From the NCBI GenBank assembly GCA_903866275.1, contig CAIPMU010000019.1, positions 34,763 through 98,762 on the forward strand: a DNA stretch of 64,000 nucleotides, read 5' to 3'. A program made the translations under genes and the position numbers. The DNA is from Vampirovibrio chlorellavorus (GTDB lineage Bacteria; Cyanobacteriota; Vampirovibrionia; Vampirovibrionales; Vampirovibrionaceae). Numbering within the stretch: the first letter of the stretch is position 1; each line of letters starts with the position of its first letter. The notes under the pieces are model-generated. The model saw only the letters and a list, made by a program, of their open reading frames with translations. It was not told where the DNA came from and searched no databases. Positions 37,670 to 46,186 of this stretch are shown one piece after another.

Positions 37670-38896
37670 TTACCAGATTCCAGCGGGCAGAAATAAGGCT
37701 TCCGGCTGTCGGGCTTGTGTGTCGATATTAATCGCTTGTTTGGAAGCGCCTGGTGGGCAATTCAGCGCACCATCACAGTCATCCGGGGGTTTGATATAAC
37801 GGTACTGATCGATTACGCGAGCGACCGTTGCAGGCACATGGTCGGTCGGGGCCGGGCCGGGTTGTACATCGCCCACGGCATCCAGCCAGGCGGGCGCGAT
37901 TAGAATATTTCGACGGCTATGATAGCTGTATTTTTCTTTCCCCGTCAGTCGACTCAAGGTACGAGACTTCCCAAAGAAGGGGCGAAAATGAATCTCTCCC
38001 CGAGCATCGGTATCCCAATGCCCAACCAGCCGACCTGCCGGGATTTCGTTATCAATTAATTGTCCGTTGGGCGCCAGATAATATTGCCGGGCATGCGTGG
38101 GGCCGCCGTTACGACTGGTATCCACCCGAACATCCAGCGGTGGCCGTGAGTGATCGTGATCCAGCAGCGGCAATAGGCCCGTCAGATAATGAAGCTCGCT
38201 GTGTTGCTGAGGGCTTTTGGCTTCGACAGGCTGCCGGTTGGAAATATTAGTCGCCACACCGTCGGCTTGCGCGATACCGGTCTCGTTTAATGCGATTGCG
38301 ATGCGTTGGCGGTCTTCCGGGCCGTAATCAAACCAGCCACTGTGCCCGGCATCGAGATAAACCCTGGCGCCCGCATGCTGATACAACGCAATGAGCGCGC
38401 GAATGGTTTGCACCCGCTGGGTGTAAATGGCCATCGATTCAGGGCTGTCCTGATGATCGCTGCGATATTGCACCGCCAGCGACAGGCTGTCCGGTTCAAG
38501 ATAGATCGCCGGATGCAACCCGGTTTGACGCACAAATGTCTCTATCAGCGTTGCATTCAACCGGTTATCCGCCAGATAATCGGCGTAATTGGCAAACCCA
38601 CCCTCGGACGCCTGCCCGAGATCTCGCTGAGGAATGGCGTAAATTACCAATTCCGGAATTTGCCGGGCATTCTGGGCCGCCTTGAGGACCCGACTGAGGG
38701 CCTTCTGGTTATCGCCCACATGGTCAAACTGATCCAGCCAGACCGCATGCGGTTGACCGTATAATTTCACACTATTACTCCAGGTCGGGACAAAAATTGG
38801 GTTTGTTTTTGGCAACTGACTCCACCCCCAGCCACAGGCCACAATCAGGATGACCAAACTGAACAGCATTACCAAGGGCTTCATGCGGCGATGCAT
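37670..38896 (-). CDS. Glycoside hydrolase family 6 (cellulase / cellobiohydrolase family) lipoprotein.
   Basis: GH6 catalytic-region motifs in order: IPELVIYAIPQRDLG (like ILVVYNAPGRDCG); AIYLEPDSLSLA (like IIVEPDLISL); RVYLDAGHSGWFDYGP (like IYFDAGHSAW); GVATNISN (like GIATNTSN); VDTSRNGGP (like IDTSRNGNGP); YRYIKPPDDCDG (like LWIKLPGEADGC). Signal peptide with lipobox LIVAC. Confidence 0.7.
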   Translation of the reverse strand: MHRRMKPLVMLFSLVILIVACGWGWSQLPKTNPIFVPTWSNSVKLYGQPHAVWLDQFDHVGDNQKALSRVLKAAQNARQIPELVIYAIPQRDLGQASEGGFANYADYLADNRLNATLIETFVRQTGLHPAIYLEPDSLSLAVQYRSDHQDSPESMAIYTQRVQTIRALIALYQHAGARVYLDAGHSGWFDYGPEDRQRIAIALNETGIAQADGVATNISNRQPVEAKSPQQHSELHYLTGLLPLLDHDHSRPPLDVRVDTSRNGGPTHARQYYLAPNGQLIDNEIPAGRLVGHWDTDARGEIHFRPFFGKSRTLSRLTGKEKYSYHSRRNILIAPAWLDAVGDVQPGPAPTDHVPATVARVIDQYRYIKPPDDCDGALNCPPGASKQAINIDTQARQPEALFLPAGIW

Positions 38897-39354
38897 TAGC
38901 CCATCATCAATTTATAGTGAAACACGTAGGCCGTGGTCATTCCCAAAAACGCGCCCACAATGACCTCAAAGGGCGTATGGCCCAGCAATTCCCGCAACCT
39001 GTCCGGCACATGCCCGTCGCGGTTCATGTAAATATCCGAGGTGAGCTGGTTGAGAATCCCGGCCATTTTGCCCGCCGCGCGGCGCAATCCGGCGGCATCG
39101 TACATCACGATCACTGCAAAGCCCAACGCCACCGCGAATACCGTGGAATTAAAGCCGTCGATCAGGCCCACGCTGGTGGCAATCCCCGCAACCAGTGCGC
39201 TATGCGAACTGGGCATACCGCCGGTGTGCACCAGCGTTCGAAAATTCACCGGTTTGCCGATGATCAGATAAATGATGCACTTGAACACCTGGGCGCTAAA
39301 GGCCGCCGTGGCGCTGGAGGCTATGACTTCAAGACTGGTTCCGGCAATGGTCAT
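38896..39354 (-). CDS. DUF212, 'divergent PAP2' (acid phosphatase / vanadium haloperoxidase-related) membrane protein.
   Basis: HTGGMPSSHSALVAGIATSVGL..FAVALGFAVIVMYDAAGLRRAAGK. Its TAA stop overlaps the GH6 ATG by 1 nt. Confidence 0.7.
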   Translation of the reverse strand: MTIAGTSLEVIASSATAAFSAQVFKCIIYLIIGKPVNFRTLVHTGGMPSSHSALVAGIATSVGLIDGFNSTVFAVALGFAVIVMYDAAGLRRAAGKMAGILNQLTSDIYMNRDGHVPDRLRELLGHTPFEVIVGAFLGMTTAYVFHYKLMMG

Positions 39355-39375
39355 CAGTGGTTTCCAAAATTAATG

Positions 39376-40464
39376 TTATTTAATGCGATTTGAAATAAAG
39401 CCCACCAGGGCCTTCAGGGCCATTGGGTTGTAATCGGCGGGCATCCCCTCGGTTTGTTCCAACAGTGCGAGCGATTCCTCAGTGAGCTGTGCCACTTGCG
39501 CGCGCGAGGCCTCCTCCCCAAAGAAAGCCGGATAAGTGGCTTTCTGCTGAATTTGATCTTTGCCAGCGGTCTTGCCCAGGGCTTCCGAAGTCGAGCCAAT
39601 GTCCAGCAGATCGTCCACAATCTGGAACGCCAGACCCAGCTTTTGACCCAGCAGGGTAAATCGCTCCACCACCGCAGAGGAAGCCCCGGCCAGCATGGCC
39701 CCGGCTCGCAAGGAAAACTGGAACAACGCCCCCGTTTTGTACGTGTGAATGTACTCTAAAATTTCCCGGGTAAACGGTTGCCCCTCATGCTGAATATCCA
39801 CAAACTGGCCATTCACGAGCCCCCGCACACTGGTCACATCCGAAAAATCCCCCAGTACTTGCAATAAAACCTCAGCGGAAAGCGGTGCAGTCAGTGGTGT
39901 TTCCTTGGAAATCAGGCCAAACGCCAGTGCAATCAGCGCATCGCCAGCCAGCACCGCTGTGGATTCTCCGTAAGCCTTATGTAGGCTGGGTTTCCCTCGA
40001 CGCAGATCGTCGTTGTCCATACAGGGTAAGTCATCATGAATCAGGCTTTGGGCATGCACCAGTTCAATCGCGCAAGCGGTGGGCAAAATATGCTCCAGTT
40101 GGCCGCCACAAGCCTTGCACGCCTCCAGCGCCAACACTGAGCGAATGCGCTTGCCGCCATCCAGCGTGCCATAACGCATGGCCTCCCAAAGTCCCGACGC
40201 CTCCGGTGATGCATCGTAGGCGTCCTTGTTCAGGTAGCGCTCCAAATGAATCTGAACGGCCCGCATCGAGGCTGCAAAACGGGTTTCGTAATCGGGGGCA
40301 TCTGCCGATTGCGACGAGTCAGCCTGTACAGACGCATCCAAAGGATTCGAGGACAGGACAGACGCAGGAATATCCGAAGCGGGCGAGGGAGCGTAAGTCA
40401 TCATAAAGCTCATTATACCGGCATGGACGGCTGGACAACAAGAGCGCCGCTGGCGTGAATCCAC
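39376..40464 (-). CDS. Polyprenyl diphosphate synthase (FPP/GGPP synthase, IspA/CrtE-type) with a Ser-rich N-terminal extension.
   Basis: First Asp-rich motif LIHDDLPCMDNDDLRRGKPSLHKAYGES; second motif FQIVDDLLD. GTG start at 40464; alternative ATG at 40413. Confidence 0.8.
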   Translation of the reverse strand: MDSRQRRSCCPAVHAGIMSFMMTYAPSPASDIPASVLSSNPLDASVQADSSQSADAPDYETRFAASMRAVQIHLERYLNKDAYDASPEASGLWEAMRYGTLDGGKRIRSVLALEACKACGGQLEHILPTACAIELVHAQSLIHDDLPCMDNDDLRRGKPSLHKAYGESTAVLAGDALIALAFGLISKETPLTAPLSAEVLLQVLGDFSDVTSVRGLVNGQFVDIQHEGQPFTREILEYIHTYKTGALFQFSLRAGAMLAGASSAVVERFTLLGQKLGLAFQIVDDLLDIGSTSEALGKTAGKDQIQQKATYPAFFGEEASRAQVAQLTEESLALLEQTEGMPADYNPMALKALVGFISNRIK

Positions 40465-40503
40465 TTGAACACCGGCAGAACATCCTGCGCCCGAAGAAAA
40501 AGA

Positions 40504-41649
40504 TTACTCGATGGCATCGCCGTCTTCCAGTTCCAGCAGGCGTACCTGTTGCTTCTGAGTCCGTCGAGAGGCGTCCCGGTTCTTTTCCTTGAGCCTGAGA
40601 ATCTGGAGAGCCTCCTTGCCCTTGCGATCCAGTTGCTTGTAGCCAAATTCCTGCTTTTGGCTACTGACCGCCGCCTCCTCTTTATAGGCTCGCGCTTCCA
40701 CCAGAATATCCAGATAACTCTGATAGCGGCTGTCGGCAATGCAATCCCGATGCTTGAGCACGGCGCAGCCCTCTTCATCCACATGCAGACAATCGGTAAA
40801 GGCACAATCCGCCTTGTACGCCTGAAAATCCCGAAAGAGCCCTGCCACCTGGGTGGGCAGCACCGTGTTAAATTTCAGGTTGCTAAAGCCCGGAGTATCA
40901 GCGATCAGGGACTCCGCATCATCCGCATTCAGGGCGAGCAGCTCCACATGCCGGGTCGTGTGCGCTCCTCGGGCAATCTTGGCCGAGACTTCACCCACCC
41001 GAAGCTGGAAATTGGGATTAATCCGGTTCAACAGGGAAGACTTTCCGCTGCCGCTAGGGCCTGCCAGCACCGTAATCTTCCCCTGAATAATGGCTAGCAG
41101 GGGATTCAGGCTATCCGGCTGGCGGACCGAAGTGAAATAGGTACGATAACCCAGCTGATCCTGATATAAAGATTGAATTTGCTCAAGTTCCGCTTCACTT
41201 TGCGCCAGATCGGCCTTGCTGACGCATAACACCGGTTCCAGTCCGGCCAGTTCAACGTGCGTGAGATAACGATCCATCTGGTTAATGTCAAACAAGGGCT
41301 CTCGCAGGGAGTAGACCACGATCACCTGATCCACGTTGGCCAGCTTGGGCCGACTGATGGTGTTCTTGCGATCCACAACCCGCTGCACCCGTGCGGTTTT
41401 AGTGACTTCGTTGATGCTATCCAGCACCACAAAGTCTCCCACCAGAACATCTTGCCCTTCTTTTTTCAGCAAACCCCGCAAGGCGCACTCGTAAAGCACC
41501 CCTTCCGACTCTACGTAGTAAAAGTTGGAGTGATACTTGAGTAGACGTCCCACCCGCTCGGCGGCGGTATCGATTGACTGGTTATCGAGTGGCTTGTCGC
41601 TCATCGCGGGCGGCCTCCCAATGGTTAGCATTCTGAATAATCTGTGCAA
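40504..41649 (-). CDS. rsgA: Ribosome small-subunit-dependent GTPase A (RsgA/YjeQ/EngC) with a ~80-aa Lys/Glu-rich C-terminal extension.
   Basis: OB fold (GVLYECALRG), circularly permuted GTPase (VIVVYSLREP..VLAGPSGSGKSSLLNRI) and a Zn-finger region (CAFTDCLHVDEEGC). Its 5' end overlaps the upstream gene by 23-68 nt depending on start choice. Confidence 0.8.
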   Translation of the reverse strand: MHRLFRMLTIGRPPAMSDKPLDNQSIDTAAERVGRLLKYHSNFYYVESEGVLYECALRGLLKKEGQDVLVGDFVVLDSINEVTKTARVQRVVDRKNTISRPKLANVDQVIVVYSLREPLFDINQMDRYLTHVELAGLEPVLCVSKADLAQSEAELEQIQSLYQDQLGYRTYFTSVRQPDSLNPLLAIIQGKITVLAGPSGSGKSSLLNRINPNFQLRVGEVSAKIARGAHTTRHVELLALNADDAESLIADTPGFSNLKFNTVLPTQVAGLFRDFQAYKADCAFTDCLHVDEEGCAVLKHRDCIADSRYQSYLDILVEARAYKEEAAVSSQKQEFGYKQLDRKGKEALQILRLKEKNRDASRRTQKQQVRLLELEDGDAIE

Positions 41650-42463
41650 AGCGGGTGAGCGCCTCGTGATGTGTCGGGTTTAGCCGGTAAGAGAGGCAAT
41701 GCCGGTAGTAGCGCTCCAGGGTACCCACAGACAGATGGCTTCGGCGTTGCGCCGCATTCAACCCCGCCTGAAAACGGTTGTTGTCGCTAAAAAACGCATC
41801 TCGCGCCGCACAGAGTGACTGATTGATGGCTTGCAGGCGCTCAGGGTGCTGCATGGCCCATTGACGATTGGCGACCCACACCGCAAACACAAACGGAAGC
41901 CCGTGCCGCTCTCGCCAAAGAGAAGACAGGTCATAACAGTGCCATGCCTCACCGCTTTGCGATAGGCTTTCCTTCATCATCAGGGCATTATCCCCGATAA
42001 TCAGGGCATTTCCAGTCTCCGCCAACACAGATTGATAGTCTGCGGCTTCGTAAATCCGGAACCACGGGCGCAGATCCTGCCCAGTGGCTTCTCGCAACAG
42101 GTAAGCCAGCAGCATCACCGAGGTTTCGGAATCGTTGGGCACGCTGATGATCGGCAGATCCAGCAAGCCTGCTCCGAGGGGTTCCCGGCTTAAAAACAGG
42201 ACACTTTCCACGGCGCCGGGCGAACTCACCGAGAGATCGTCCAGCAGGACCAGTTGATCCTGATGACGCAGGTAGCAGGCGCTGGACACCGGCGAAATCT
42301 CCAGCTCGCCAGCCAGAATGCGGGCGTTGAGCCGGGCGGGGACGTCGTAAATCAGAGACAACTCATCATCCGGCTGAAAGGCCGAATAGATGGGAACCGT
42401 GTTCACAAAGGAAATGGCCCCCAGCCGAACGGCGGGAAGAGTGCTAGACGAGCTGTTCGTCAT
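41582..42463 (-). CDS. MqnA/MqnD-family (futalosine-pathway menaquinone biosynthesis; chorismate dehydratase or 1,4-dihydroxy-6-naphthoate synthase).
   Basis: N-terminus VRLGAISFVNTVPIYSAF is typical of the VitK2_biosynth periplasmic-binding-like fold. Adjacent to a radical SAM Mqn-like gene. Confidence 0.6.
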   Translation of the reverse strand: MTNSSSSTLPAVRLGAISFVNTVPIYSAFQPDDELSLIYDVPARLNARILAGELEISPVSSACYLRHQDQLVLLDDLSVSSPGAVESVLFLSREPLGAGLLDLPIISVPNDSETSVMLLAYLLREATGQDLRPWFRIYEAADYQSVLAETGNALIIGDNALMMKESLSQSGEAWHCYDLSSLWRERHGLPFVFAVWVANRQWAMQHPERLQAINQSLCAARDAFFSDNNRFQAGLNAAQRRSHLSVGTLERYYRHCLSYRLNPTHHEALTRFAQIIQNANHWEAARDERQATR

Positions 42464-43667
42464 ACACGCGGATGATATTGTAGACGGTATCCCGTTCTAC
42501 CGGGATTTTACCAGCCTTGCGAATCATATTCACCAGCTCGGCCTGAGTCATCGCTTCAGAGGCCTCCGTGCCGGCGGCGTGAGCGATTTTTTCCTGCACC
42601 ACGGTACCGTCAATGTCATCCACCCCGAAGCTCAGGCTGACTTGCGAGATTTTCTCGCCGATATGAATCCAGAATGACTTGATATGCGGCACGTTATCCA
42701 GCAAAATGCGGCTGATGGCAAAGTTTTTCAGGTTTTCCACGCCGGTCAGGGCATTTTTGGCATCAATGGCATTGTTGTCGTAGTAGCAGTTCAGCGGAAT
42801 GAAGGTCATGAAGCCACCGGTTTTGTCCTGCTGTTCGCGGATGGCCAGAATGTGATCGATGCGTTCTTCCGGAGTTTCGCCCAGTCCGGCCAACAGGGTG
42901 GCGTTGCTCTGCATGCCCATCTGGTGCGCCAAGCCGTGAATCCGCAACCACTCCGAGGCGGGGATTTTATCCACGCAGACCAGTTCGCGTACGCGCTCGG
43001 CGAACACTTCTGCACCACCGCCGGGCAAGGAGCCCAGACCAGCCTCTTTTAAAACGGCCAAGGTTTCTTCCACCGGAATACCTTCCAGCTTGGACAGATA
43101 GTCCAGTTCTACGGCGGTGAGGCCCTTGATGTGCACCTTAGGGAAGTGCTGCTTTAATGCTTTGAAGAGATCACGGTAGTAAGCGAGTCCCTGTTCCTTG
43201 TAAAGCCCGGAAACAATATGGAACTCCGAGAGTTGATCCTTCATGGGATAGTCATTGACCTGTTTAATGACATCATCCACGCTCATCACATAGGCAAACG
43301 GGGAGCCGGGGCCTTTTTTGAAGGAGCAAAACTTGCAATGCGCCTCGCAGATGTTGGTCGGGTTAATGTGGAAGTTATGCACCCAGTAGACGTAATCCCG
43401 AACTTCGGGCGGGGTACGTAACACGCGCGCGGTATCGGCCAAAATGCCAATGGCCAGCAAGTCATCGGATTCATAAATGGTCACGGCGTCTTCGCGGGTG
43501 ATGCGCTCACCGGCCACAATCTTGTGGTAAAACGCGCTCAGCGGGTGTGACGAGCGAGTGATATATTCTTCAACCAATGCGGGCGCCATGACAAAATCCT
43601 CTTTTTCATCTCGCGGGGACTGCGGGTACAGAGCGGAGCGGTACCGGGCCAGTGAACCTGATGCCAC
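42444..43667 (-). CDS. Radical SAM enzyme of the MqnE/MqnC family (aminofutalosine synthase or cyclic dehydrofutalosine synthase).
   Basis: CEAHCKFCSF Cx3Cx2C cluster; ~400 aa; overlaps the MqnA/D-like gene by 20 nt. The start codon appears to be GTG. Confidence 0.65.
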   Translation of the reverse strand: MASGSLARYRSALYPQSPRDEKEDFVMAPALVEEYITRSSHPLSAFYHKIVAGERITREDAVTIYESDDLLAIGILADTARVLRTPPEVRDYVYWVHNFHINPTNICEAHCKFCSFKKGPGSPFAYVMSVDDVIKQVNDYPMKDQLSEFHIVSGLYKEQGLAYYRDLFKALKQHFPKVHIKGLTAVELDYLSKLEGIPVEETLAVLKEAGLGSLPGGGAEVFAERVRELVCVDKIPASEWLRIHGLAHQMGMQSNATLLAGLGETPEERIDHILAIREQQDKTGGFMTFIPLNCYYDNNAIDAKNALTGVENLKNFAISRILLDNVPHIKSFWIHIGEKISQVSLSFGVDDIDGTVVQEKIAHAAGTEASEAMTQAELVNMIRKAGKIPVERDTVYNIIRVYDEQLV

Positions 43668-43845
43668 GGTTCCTTATTTGACCCTATCTTCTAATAAATG
43701 TGCCATCCCTGCAAGCTGAGAACAAGCGCGGCCTCTGAAAAACTTCGCTCCAGGGTTCGCCCGACAGAAGTATCGAGTAAGACCAGCTTACAGAGGCATT
43801 ACTCTTGTCGCCCAATATCAGCCGTAGTTCCAGTTTCAAGAGGCG

Positions 43846-44946
43846 TTAAACCACCTGAATTTCCGAGTGATCGGCAAGCAGAAATTTATGGCTCTCCTGA
43901 GTATCGGGGGATTTGATGATGCGACAGCCCCGGCCCAGCAAGCTTTCTTCAATGCAGCCCGGCACAGCCTCGATGTGGCACTCTTCCAGAATCACGCTGT
44001 TCTCAATCTGGCAGTCTTTCAGCACGCAACCATCGCCCACGCTGGTGAAGGGTCCAATGGTGGCATTTTCAATGCGGCAATCCTTGCCGATTATGACAGG
44101 ACCGGTAATATGGGAGCCAATCACCACGGCACCCGCTTCCACGTGGATACGCCCCTCCAGCCGGGAGGCTTCATCTACGTCGCCCTTAATCTCATAGTTC
44201 AGATACTGATTCAGCACCACATGATTGGCAGCCAGCAAGTCATCTTTTTTGCCGGTATCCAGCCACCAGCCGGGATGAATGCGGGAGTGTACCACCGCAT
44301 TGTCATCAATCAGGCGCTGAATGGCGTCCGTGATTTCCAGCTCGCCCCGCCAGCTGGGCTGAATACGGTCAATGGCGTTAAAAATGCTAGATTTGAAGAG
44401 GTAAACCCCCACCAGCGCCAAATCGGATTTTGGCACTTTGGGCTTTTCCACCAGTCGAATCACCTGGCCCAGACTGTCCAGCTCGGCGACCCCGAAGGAA
44501 GAGGGGTTAGGCACCTGTTTCAGCAAGATGGAAGCATCGTATCCGGCGGATTGAAAAGCCGCGATATGGCCACCCAGGTCCGCGTTAATGAGGTTATCCC
44601 CCAGGTACATAATGAAATCGGAGTCTTCCAGATAGGGCTTGGCGATACGCACCGCATGGGCCAGCCCGGCGGGTTCATCCTGCGGGATAAAAGTCAGGCG
44701 CGCGTCATCCTTGAGCCACTGGTGCAACGAGAGTTTAATGGCCTCACCGGTTTCCGGGCTAATAATGATCCCGAAATCCCGAATTCCAGCCTGATATAGG
44801 CTATCCATCGCATAATGCAGAATGGGCTTGTTGGCCACGGGCACCAGTTGCTTGGCCATCGCATAGGTCAGCGGGCGCAGTCGGGTACCCTTGCCGCCAG
44901 CCAGAATTAACGCTTTCATCTCAGTCCTTCCAGATTGTGCGGGCAT
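43846..44946 (-). CDS. Sugar-1-phosphate nucleotidyltransferase (glucose-1-phosphate thymidylyl/uridylyltransferase-like, long form with a C-terminal left-handed beta-helix).
   Basis: N-terminus MKALILAGGKGTRLRPLTYAMAKQLVPVANKPILHYAMD. C-terminal hexapeptide repeats (IGPFTSVGDGCVLKDCQIENSVILEE). Confidence 0.75.
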   Translation of the reverse strand: MPAQSGRTEMKALILAGGKGTRLRPLTYAMAKQLVPVANKPILHYAMDSLYQAGIRDFGIIISPETGEAIKLSLHQWLKDDARLTFIPQDEPAGLAHAVRIAKPYLEDSDFIMYLGDNLINADLGGHIAAFQSAGYDASILLKQVPNPSSFGVAELDSLGQVIRLVEKPKVPKSDLALVGVYLFKSSIFNAIDRIQPSWRGELEITDAIQRLIDDNAVVHSRIHPGWWLDTGKKDDLLAANHVVLNQYLNYEIKGDVDEASRLEGRIHVEAGAVVIGSHITGPVIIGKDCRIENATIGPFTSVGDGCVLKDCQIENSVILEECHIEAVPGCIEESLLGRGCRIIKSPDTQESHKFLLADHSEIQVV

Positions 44947-45956
44947 GGGCCGCTAATTCCTCGTAAAAAATCCCTCACCGCAACGACATGCACCTTGGCG
45001 GAAATCCGACGTTCCGGATCTTTGTTCAGTCGAGATTTTACAACAGACCGGAGCACTCTGAACATCGCATAGGCCAAAATGGTCATTTTTTGCAGGGGAT
45101 GAGCGTACATCATCAACAGCCGCAACCGGTTCCGCTGGTAATAGTACTGGGTGGGCAAGCTGGTTCGCCCCGTGGTTGCACCCTCGTGGTGATAGACAAT
45201 CGATTGGGTCGCCAAACTCAGTGGAAAACCCGCTTTGGCATAACGAATAGAGGCCTCTCCATCTTCAAAGTAGAGAAAAAACGACTCGTTCAACAGCCCC
45301 GCAAGTAGAATCGCTCTGAGCGGAATCAGCATACTGGCCCCTACCAGGGTTTCCACGGTCATCCCGTCTCTCACACTGGCTTCCGAATACCCTTTGGTGC
45401 CGCCGTTCCACCAGTTGATGCGGGTGCCTACCTGCTGATACCGGCCATCCGGATAGAGCAGAAGCGATCCCGCAATGCCGCCGGTGCGTTGTGCCTGTTG
45501 CACCAGATGGGTCAGGGCGGCGGGGTCAACAGTGGTGTCATTGTTGAGTAGCCAGATGTAAGAATCTGGCCGCGTTTGAGAATCCGATGGGGATGGTTTG
45601 CCCTGCTGGACCAACGCAGCCCGAATCCCCAGATTGTTACCGCCACTAAACCCCAGATTCACAGGAGACTCAATGAGCTGAAACGCTTCCGGATGCTCCT
45701 GCAATCTGGCTTTGAGCTGGGTCACTGAGTCGTCGGGCGAGGCATTGTCAATCACGATGATCTGATAATTCGCGTAATCCAGCCCACGCAAGGAATCCAG
45801 ACAGGCGATCGTGTGAGACACGCCTTTATAATTGAGTAAAAGGATATAAACCAATGGGGTCTCCCCGGTGGGGTCTGTTTGTTCTGGGGTCATGGGAAGT
45901 CCTTGCGGCATGGCACACGCCTTCAGCCTTGCGTCTTGAACGTTGAATCGGCGCAA
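44916..45956 (-). CDS. Family 2 glycosyltransferase.
   Basis: PLVYILLLNYKG..IIVIDNASPD..D.D and LLNNDTTVDP (DXD region). TTG start at 45956; alternative ATG at 45911. Overlaps the nucleotidyltransferase gene by 31 nt. Confidence 0.75.
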   Translation of the reverse strand: MRRFNVQDARLKACAMPQGLPMTPEQTDPTGETPLVYILLLNYKGVSHTIACLDSLRGLDYANYQIIVIDNASPDDSVTQLKARLQEHPEAFQLIESPVNLGFSGGNNLGIRAALVQQGKPSPSDSQTRPDSYIWLLNNDTTVDPAALTHLVQQAQRTGGIAGSLLLYPDGRYQQVGTRINWWNGGTKGYSEASVRDGMTVETLVGASMLIPLRAILLAGLLNESFFLYFEDGEASIRYAKAGFPLSLATQSIVYHHEGATTGRTSLPTQYYYQRNRLRLLMMYAHPLQKMTILAYAMFRVLRSVVKSRLNKDPERRISAKVHVVAVRDFLRGISGPCPHNLEGLR

Positions 45957-45974
45957 TCCGGGGCAACCGAAAGG

Positions 45975-46181
45975 CTAGCCTTGCGCCGCCTGATTCAAGT
46001 CCTTAAGCAGGCTGGCGAGATCCAGTTGATGCACCTTGCTGGTGGCGAACAGGTTTTCGTGAGCCAGGGCCTTGTAACCTTCTACAAACAAACCGTAACG
46101 GGAAAAGACCGACTGGGTTTGCGGATATTGGGCCACGATTTCGGGAATGCTCATCTCCTGAGTAATGGGGGCGTTGCTCAT
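45975..46181 (-). CDS. DUF1858-like small protein (Cys-less variant).
   Basis: ITQEMSIPEIVAQYPQTQSVFSRYGL matches the DUF1858 N-terminal pattern (ITKDMTIGEVLEKYPETAEVF..G) but lacks the usual CxxC. Confidence 0.45.
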   Translation of the reverse strand: MSNAPITQEMSIPEIVAQYPQTQSVFSRYGLFVEGYKALAHENLFATSKVHQLDLASLLKDLNQAAQG

Positions 46182-46186
46182 CCGGG

